Source: Oopsacas minuta (taxonomy: Eukaryota > Animalia > Porifera). Taken from it: a stretch of 64,000 nucleotides of DNA. The position numbers and the translations under genes were made by a program. A model generated the notes under the pieces. It saw only the letters and a list, made by a program, of their open reading frames with translations, was not told the origin of the DNA and did not search any database. This document shows, piece by piece, positions 57,007-64,000 of this stretch; within the stretch, counting starts at the first letter, position 1, and each line of letters starts with the position of its first letter. Location of the stretch: positions 543,690-607,689 of the forward strand of contig JAKMXF010000354.1 in the NCBI GenBank assembly GCA_024704765.1, given 5' to 3'.

Positions 57007-60000
57007 TTAGCTAGGATCATAAATTCCTAAATAAATTGACTCGCTTACTTTTCCAGCTGTGTTTTCTGCAATACAATCATATTTACTTTCATCTATGGAT
57101 TTGTATACTGGATATATTATCACAGTACCATTAGTGAATAAACTGGTTCTACTATTCTCTGTTACTAATCGACTCCTTTTCATTCTCTTCCATGTAATTG
57201 TAGGATTTGGTTCTCCAGTAGCTGTACAGTGTAGAAAAGCTGTCCCTAAATATGTCGCATTCTTAACCGAGATGTGTGTTATCACAGGAGCTGCCATCTC
57301 TCTAATCTGTAGATACAAAGTTTCTTCCACGTTAGAACCACACCCAACGACTCTACAAGTATAACTCCCTTCATCACTATTCTCAACTGACTCGAATATT
57401 AGTCTCTCTCCTCTTGCTTTTTCTTCTGTATTGTCCTTATACCATATGATTTCTATAGCTGGAGAGTTTGACTCTACTCTACAATACAGAACTTGCTCTG
57501 TGCCTATATAAGCTGTTGTATCACCAGAGAAGTAAACTATTTCGTTTTCTCTGCGCTCAACCACTTCCACATGGATAGAGTCCTTCCTACTGCCAAGCAG
57601 GTTCCTAGCCTCACAAGTGTAACTACCAGTCTGTGTTGTAGCAGGACTATTGACCTGTAAAGTTGTTCTTTTAACATTATTCTCATTGGTAATGATTATG
57701 TTATTAGAGGCAGTTATTGGTGTCCCATCAAAATACCATATATAGCTACTGATAGCCAGGGTACTGTCAAAATCGCAAAAAATTGAAAAATGTTCTCCCT
57801 CACAGACTCTTGTATTTTCACTCTTTCCAGAAAACTCTGGTATCTTAGCATTATTTGATATTGTCACTTGCATTAAGAAGGTGTGGTTAGCATAACCTAA
57901 TCTAGGCTGTGTAGAGTTACAGGAATAATCACCCTGATCTTCTAATGTGATATGTTGTATCACGACCTTCGACCTATATACATATGACGTATCACCTGGA
58001 GTATAGCTTGACTTTAGACTTATTGTTGTACGGTGGTCATTCATAATAGGCTCATCTCCATTCTTGAACCAGTCGATGTTAGGAGGAGGTACTCCCGTCA
58101 CGTTACACCTCATCACTGCTGTTGAATCTGCTGCTATTACCAATGCCTTTTGTCTATTACGAAATCTCGTTCTCTGTCTCACCAGATTTTCACATATATT
58201 TTCTGTATCCCTCAATCTAACTGGCATAGAATATGCACTCTCACATGTATAAGTACCTTCATCATCACAATCTGCGTTAGTTATACAGATCTCTCTTCTT
58301 CTCGCATTAATTGTATATTTGTCATTATCTACTAGTTGAGTTTCTCCTCTTTTCCAGGAAGGATTCTGACCAGCTAGTCGTGGACACTTAAGACATATTC
58401 TATCTCTGTCTGCATCTAAAGGTTTGTAATAGAAGGTCTTAGGAGTAGTAATTAACTCACTAAAACCCGAAGTCACTTCTCGAGTTGTTATAGCTCTACA
58501 CTCGTAATTATCTTCATCTTCTTCTAAAACGGGACTGAACCTCAACGTGTTATTCGGGTATTTTGTAATCCTATCATTATCTTGTAATTCACTCTCCATT
58601 TTATACCACGTAATAGTAGCAGGCATATGTCCTCTGTTAGTTATCTGGCAATGTATATACATTACATCTCCAATGATAACATTAGCTCCGACTGGGCTTA
58701 CTAGCACATCTAAAGTTGAGTTAACATTTATCGATATTGTCTTCTCTTCGCTACCGAATTTGTTTGTTGCAATACACTTATACTCTCCTTCATCTCCGTT
58801 CTGAATTCTCTCAAAGTTGAGCCCTAAAGTCTGAGTAGTGTCTTCTGTACACATTGGTATACTTTTGCTAATAGGTCTATCGTTACGTAACCATGAGAGG
58901 GTTGGTAGGGGAGAACCTTCTGCTCTGCATATTACTGTGTAGACAGTGCCAGCCTGTACAAGTGTCTCTTCCCATTCTGGTTCTATTATTGATAAACTAT
59001 GACTTGGAATAACCTTTAGAACATAACCTTTCACGATATTATCATCTTTATTGAGTAGATTTAAATTGTAACTACCTTGATCAGCTGATTGATAATTATG
59101 AATTTTTAATGAACAATTATTATGAATAGTATACTTCTCCTTAGTAGTTATCTCTTCGTTGTTACGATACCATAGACATCGAGTTGGACAGCCCAAGCAG
59201 TTTGTTTGCAACATTAGTGTGCTCCCTGAATTTGGAGGCTCGTAATGACAAACGTCCAAGAAACATATTGGCTGGAATGTTACATCGATTGATATCAAAA
59301 TAGTCGCAACACTATTCTCAATTATAACTTTGTATTCGCCGCAATTTTGATCATTTAGTGAATCTAAAACTAACTGGCAATGAGTCTCTGTTTGAATTGC
59401 GGAACCTTCATGCAACCATCTGCATGTAGGTTCAGGATTTCCCTGGGGACTAAGATCGATAATTACTGGACTGTTAATTGGTTTAACAATATGTTTTATA
59501 GGTTCCCTAGTGAAGTAGGGAGCTGTCCACAATGCTAGTTCTATATTTTTAGTGACATTCCCAACTTCATTATAAGCTGTTATCTGATAGATTCCGATAT
59601 CTGTATCAATTACTCTTGAAAGTGTTAATGTTCCTTCCCTCGCTAACTGGATTCTGTTGTTCGCGTTTAACACCACGTTATCTTTTTTCCATACTACATT
59701 AGGAAAAGGGTCCCCCGTCACCACTACTTCTATGGTAAAGCTATTTCGCAGTACTGCGTATACCTTGTTAGAAGGTTCCACAACCCATGTGGGCTCTTTT
59801 GGTTCTCCGAATATTCCGTTAGAGATACGTTGAAATGCATTTCCCCTATTATCAGTGCCTTTTATTTGTATCTTAAATATACCTGAAGGTAGTTCTGCAC
59901 CTGATATGAATATAACTGATGTTTGCTTCCTGAACCCTAATGATTGGATAACTATTCCTCCTAAGTCAATGAAATTTACTGTTCGCACTTTATTTGTACT

Positions 60001-61119
60001 GATTCCGAATATCGTGAGTTCTATCTCTACCATTTCCCCTCCTCTTACAACTTCCAGCTCTGTTCTACTATTCCATTCTCTTACAATTACCTTAAATTCT
60101 ATATCGCTCGATCCTCTAACTTGTAGACTCAGTTCTCTACCTCTAGACCTACCGAAGCAAATCTGCCAATTTCCGGCTGTGGGAACATCAATTTCCCAAG
60201 CTTTCACCGATCTAGTTCTTAGGTCATGACGTATCGTTCTGTCATTTTCAGGACTCTGTAACGATGCTTTTCCTACTTTATTGAAAGTAGGATTCTTTAT
60301 TGTAACCACTAAATCACACAGACTACTATCAACTGGGATATTAATACAGTCTGAAGGTGTAAACTGATTTATATCGATTATTGCTACACTTTTTGGTTTT
60401 ACGAATAAACTAATGAGTTTGACAACATTCCCTACAGTAGACTCTGTCCTCTTCACGAATATTGCATTCCCTCCTGAAGCATGGGATATCTGATTGTATA
60501 GTTGAGTACTGATATAGTCAAGTCCTTCATTTGAACAATGATCTCCTATTAACACAAACACTACGTAACTATTTGTCTGCTGGATTTTCCGAATAACTTC
60601 GAGTTTTTTTCTCGCATCTTTTGCCGCTCCGTCTGTGAAGATGAACACGAATGAATTGTCAGTTATATTGTCTAATACGTTCAGAACTGCTGTTAGCACT
60701 GGTTCCGGGCAATCACCACCTCCACTCACTTGCGTTCCAACCTCAGCGAAATTCTCCCTGAAGCCCTCTATGGTATTGGCGATATACATGGGTCCCACGT
60801 ATGGGTCGTTAAATGGATATATATTGTATGTGTCTATTGGGTTACATGCCCTATCTGCAGCCTTCTGGTTAATTGTTCCCAGAATATTGTTAATTTCTCT
60901 CTGTACAAGATATAATTCATTTATCATACTCTCAGTTGTGTCCATTATGAACACGAGAGAAGATGGCGACCACACTTTTGAGTAGGAAGATGCTTCGATC
61001 TCGTTACCAGTTTGTAGACACGTGAGACGACATTGTCCAGTTATTGACTGTATATTATAGAGTAACATAATTAGTAATAGCGCAATAAAGTTCCTTTTCT
61101 GCATAATGGAACCTTTCAT
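57007..61119 (-). CDS. Hemicentin-like secreted protein: VWA + about 10 Ig domains, 1370 aa
   Basis: Signal peptide; FIMDTTESM, PFNDP, GGGDCPE and FIFTDG motifs of the hemicentin/VWA7 VWA domain; repeated I-set Ig motifs (W..., D.G.Y.C.A.N..G); intronless. Confidence 0.78.
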   Translation of the reverse strand: MKGSIMQKRNFIALLLIMLLYNIQSITGQCRLTCLQTGNEIEASSYSKVWSPSSLVFIMDTTESMINELYLVQREINNILGTINQKAADRACNPIDTYNIYPFNDPYVGPMYIANTIEGFRENFAEVGTQVSGGGDCPEPVLTAVLNVLDNITDNSFVFIFTDGAAKDARKKLEVIRKIQQTNSYVVFVLIGDHCSNEGLDYISTQLYNQISHASGGNAIFVKRTESTVGNVVKLISLFVKPKSVAIIDINQFTPSDCINIPVDSSLCDLVVTIKNPTFNKVGKASLQSPENDRTIRHDLRTRSVKAWEIDVPTAGNWQICFGRSRGRELSLQVRGSSDIEFKVIVREWNSRTELEVVRGGEMVEIELTIFGISTNKVRTVNFIDLGGIVIQSLGFRKQTSVIFISGAELPSGIFKIQIKGTDNRGNAFQRISNGIFGEPKEPTWVVEPSNKVYAVLRNSFTIEVVVTGDPFPNVVWKKDNVVLNANNRIQLAREGTLTLSRVIDTDIGIYQITAYNEVGNVTKNIELALWTAPYFTREPIKHIVKPINSPVIIDLSPQGNPEPTCRWLHEGSAIQTETHCQLVLDSLNDQNCGEYKVIIENSVATILISIDVTFQPICFLDVCHYEPPNSGSTLMLQTNCLGCPTRCLWYRNNEEITTKEKYTIHNNCSLKIHNYQSADQGSYNLNLLNKDDNIVKGYVLKVIPSHSLSIIEPEWEETLVQAGTVYTVICRAEGSPLPTLSWLRNDRPISKSIPMCTEDTTQTLGLNFERIQNGDEGEYKCIATNKFGSEEKTISINVNSTLDVLVSPVGANVIIGDVMYIHCQITNRGHMPATITWYKMESELQDNDRITKYPNNTLRFSPVLEEDEDNYECRAITTREVTSGFSELITTPKTFYYKPLDADRDRICLKCPRLAGQNPSWKRGETQLVDNDKYTINARRREICITNADCDDEGTYTCESAYSMPVRLRDTENICENLVRQRTRFRNRQKALVIAADSTAVMRCNVTGVPPPNIDWFKNGDEPIMNDHRTTISLKSSYTPGDTSYVYRSKVVIQHITLEDQGDYSCNSTQPRLGYANHTFLMQVTISNNAKIPEFSGKSENTRVCEGEHFSIFCDFDSTLAISSYIWYFDGTPITASNNIIITNENNVKRTTLQVNSPATTQTGSYTCEARNLLGSRKDSIHVEVVERRENEIVYFSGDTTAYIGTEQVLYCRVESNSPAIEIIWYKDNTEEKARGERLIFESVENSDEGSYTCRVVGCGSNVEETLYLQIREMAAPVITHISVKNATYLGTAFLHCTATGEPNPTITWKRMKRSRLVTENSRTSLFTNGTVIIYPVYKSIDESKYDCIAENTAGKVSESIYLGIYDPS

Positions 61120-61606
61120 CCTTTAAACTTATATGTTAGTAAATGCATTTATTCTTATATATGTATCTTATGTAACTAGATATGCATTCAACTTAAGATG
61201 ATGACAAACATACATCAAAAGTGGTTTATCAGTTTGTTGATTGTCCTTTAGGCAATTTCTTAATATGCTAATTTTGGTAGAGAATTGGACAGTATGTGTT
61301 TTAGACAATCTCCAGTTTTGTTTTCGGCATTTGAGCTATATTTGAATTCCGAGAAAGGGGAAACATCTGTTTGAATCCATTACAAGTTATTCAAATGTAA
61401 CTTTGGGAGATAAGGATTTCTAAGAATTTACAATTTGTAAAAGTAATTTGCTATCAATTAATTCCCTAATATTGTCCTTAGCTTCTATTGACCAGTTTTA
61501 AGTGCTCTCACAGGAAAATATGACCACTTATATTCTTGGTATAGTATTATAACAAGAATATACTGTCTGTGACGAATAGATTTATTTATATTATTCATAT
61601 TACAAG

Positions 61607-62365
61607 ATGATGTTTAACAAATCAATAAAATTAGAGAATGTGAAGGAGGAATCAGTCATAATACTCTCTTCTCAGGATCACAATGGATTTCCCTTATTAA
61701 GTTCCCTAATAGTGAAATATATGCAAACTGGATATAAAAGAAGTCACATTATAACGAATAATAGATTCAAATGGGAGTCTATATTCTCGAAATTTATTCA
61801 AAAGGATGAATGCCCTGTTTTGTACCATGAATTATTCCATATTTCTAATTTATCTTGCATTGACTGTGCTGGTGATTTATTAGTACTCGATAATGCGAGC
61901 TATTCATTGGATAAATTCGGTAGTCGAGAAACAATTTCTATATTTCTGAGATCTAAAGTTTATCTTGCCCTTCTTCACAGAGATTTACAATCTGATTCCA
62001 TCATAGCTTCCCTCAAGCATATTTCACCATTTTTCATTTATCTCAACCTTACAGATGGGGAATATATTGCCACAACACTTCACTCTAATCCTCCTAGATT
62101 ACATAAGGTATTAGAAAAATATCAAATATCTCCCTCCTTACAGCTTACATCTACTATATCCACTGTATTCAATGTTATAAGTACAATATCTACATCTATG
62201 AAGCCAAGCAGTACATTTCGCCTTGATACGAATGAATACGAGGAAGCAGAGAGAACTTTGCTTGCTAATCCTTTTCTGGATTCAGAAGAACCTGTCAGTC
62301 AGTATTTAGCGGGGAGAGGGAGTAGTGATAGTGAAAGTGACCCAGATGATGATCTCAATATTTGA
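61607..62365 (+). CDS. ELP5: Elongator complex protein 5-like
   Basis: ALLHRDL; STFRLDTNEYEEAER..LANPF; C-terminal SDPDDDLNI resembling ELP5 EDPDDDLDI. Confidence 0.7.
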   Translation: MMFNKSIKLENVKEESVIILSSQDHNGFPLLSSLIVKYMQTGYKRSHIITNNRFKWESIFSKFIQKDECPVLYHELFHISNLSCIDCAGDLLVLDNASYSLDKFGSRETISIFLRSKVYLALLHRDLQSDSIIASLKHISPFFIYLNLTDGEYIATTLHSNPPRLHKVLEKYQISPSLQLTSTISTVFNVISTISTSMKPSSTFRLDTNEYEEAERTLLANPFLDSEEPVSQYLAGRGSSDSESDPDDDLNI

Positions 62366-63544
62366 ATTGAATATAGTGATAAATAATTATAACTCATGTT
62401 GCTCTTACTGTGATTATCCATTCAAAATTGGGATTATTATGTTTTATGCCATGAAGTATAGATTATAACAACTCCATGGTCTCTCTGTCATGATAGTGTT
62501 TCTTCTTAATATTTGGAGAAGTAGTTGTCACCTTTAGCATAATATTGGAATTCATTATTTATTAATTAGGATATTGTTGTTGTTAATTATGCAGCTAAAT
62601 ACTAATTTTATTAATAATTATTCCAGTTTAGAGGCAATATTTTCTACACTTTGAGGTAACTCCCCTAGAATTCTTCAGTTATGATGTTTACACGTACAGA
62701 TGGTAACTACGCCTAAAACTAAAACCCCTTAAGTATGCGAGACACTTCGTGATGCATCTTTAAGATTGATAGGTAAATCTGCCATCGTGCTATACGTAGT
62801 TTTGAGTTGCACACGTATAGCTATACTATACTTACAGTTTAAGTTACTAGCTCAAGTGGCTTTTGTTTCATTTACACAATTATGCTGATTTGCATCTAAA
62901 CTCTACGTTGTTATCTGATTAAATATTTGCTTATACTACTTTACTATTTATTTTGATGCTTGAGCTTGAATGAAAGATCTGTCAAACATCATACTATCAA
63001 TAATTGGATATATTATGAATCTGCTAAGCATATACGTCTAACCCTAAAATGTGTAAGCTAAAGTAGATGATTTGCTGTTTTCGTAGTTTTCTAGATTGAA
63101 CTCATATTAGCAGTTCAGATTTTTCATTACTTATCATTTCTTGCTTACAGCAATACACTTAATACCATCATTTCCAAATATTGTTGTCTGATTCTTGATA
63201 ATTAATTTCCAAAATTATTTATGTTTTGCTTCTGAACTGAATTGGAATTCATTTCATTTCTTATGGGCGGGGGTAGGGCGTGTCTGAGATTGATCTTACA
63301 ATAGGAGAGAAGACAACGCGTATTTTGTGCTGGATCAGAATGTCACGTGTTGCTAATGATAGGGCTTGTATCTAATTACACCTCATATATATTGGTAATG
63401 TTATTTGATCATAGTTATTTCAGATTATATTGAATTTCACCTATCTAGAACCAATTCATTTACATACATTATCATTAATTTTTTCCCAAAAGATGCTTCT
63501 TATTAATTTTCATACGCTACTTATATTTCAAAATTTAAATAACG

Positions 63545-63673
63545 TATAGAGTGGAGGTTTGCTTATTAACAACCCGGTTTTTGCTATAGCAGTTGCTAAT
63601 AGGGGAACAAAAGTAATACCAAGTATACTCTTGGGACCGGAAAAAGATTTGCTAATAAGCGAATTTCACTATA
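63545..63673. mobile_element. Degenerate short MITE
   Basis: TATAGAGTGGAGGTTTGCTTATTAACAA ... TTGCTAATAAGCGAATTTCACTATA imperfect inverted termini with TA ends; internal GGGACCGG. Confidence 0.4.
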
Positions 63674-63712
63674 TATAATTCTATCTTCTGTAGAAGTATA
63701 TTCTTTTTATGA

Positions 63713-63789
63713 TACAGTTGACTCGCTTAATTAGGAATTTGGACACTTTTGTTCAAGAAAAGTGTCCCAATTAAACGGAGTCTACCGCA
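63713..63789. mobile_element. Mini foldback MITE relic
   Basis: TACAGTTGACTCGCTTAATT ... AATTAAACGGAGTCTACCGCA termini plus an internal perfect inverted repeat GGACACTTTT/AAAAGTGTCC. Confidence 0.45.
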
Positions 63790-64000
63790 TGCGTATTACC
63801 ACTGTTGCAGTAAATTCGTAGATTTTACAAATTATTATCTATTTGTTTACAACATGATGTAATTTCGCGATTAATTATATGAACTATGGCAATCATACAT
63901 ACGTAAATATCCCATTATATTATTCTCAATTAAATTACCAAAAAAATGGGAGTACCCACATGTATACATGATGATGCAACTCCAAGGTAGTTTCTGGGAT

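Noticed and set aside
570-60985. Numerous short ORFs in the track (e.g. 570-797, 1666-1980, 18100-18489, 48103-55687 set, 57059-60985 set)
   Set aside because: They are antisense or off-frame shadows of confidently identified genes, with no independent motifs. GTG/TTG starts in the track are not meaningful for this eukaryote.

Overview
Eukaryotic (animal) genomic DNA: AT-rich, very gene-dense and intron-poor, with mostly 55-230 bp GT-AG introns and an 11.4 kb single-exon TRRAP. The gene set (hemicentin-like, SKAP, Maf-like bZIP, GMF, AHI1) plus this architecture fits a compact glass-sponge (Hexactinellida)-type genome best. That taxonomic call is an inference, not a database result. About 25 protein genes lie in long same-strand runs with mostly 125-450 bp spacers. 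Most start codons sit just downstream of a 3' splice-acceptor-like signal, which suggests operons resolved by SL trans-splicing. Three tandem paralog pairs, all endolysosome-type (two-MRH-domain lectin, SLC49A4/DIRC2-like MFS transporter, acid lipase), are nearly identical except for amino-acid changes clustered in ligand- or substrate-contacting segments. Other features: PNLDC1 with an antisense 4-TM gene nested in an intron, a Maf-like bZIP lacking the invariant Asn, a divergent alpha-tubulin, a short hemicentin-like protein, a frameshifted 2-TM pseudogene, two copies of a HINE/Helentron-like repeat and several MITE relics. No rRNA, tRNA or CRISPR array was recognised. Exon structures were worked out by eye and checked for frame consistency.
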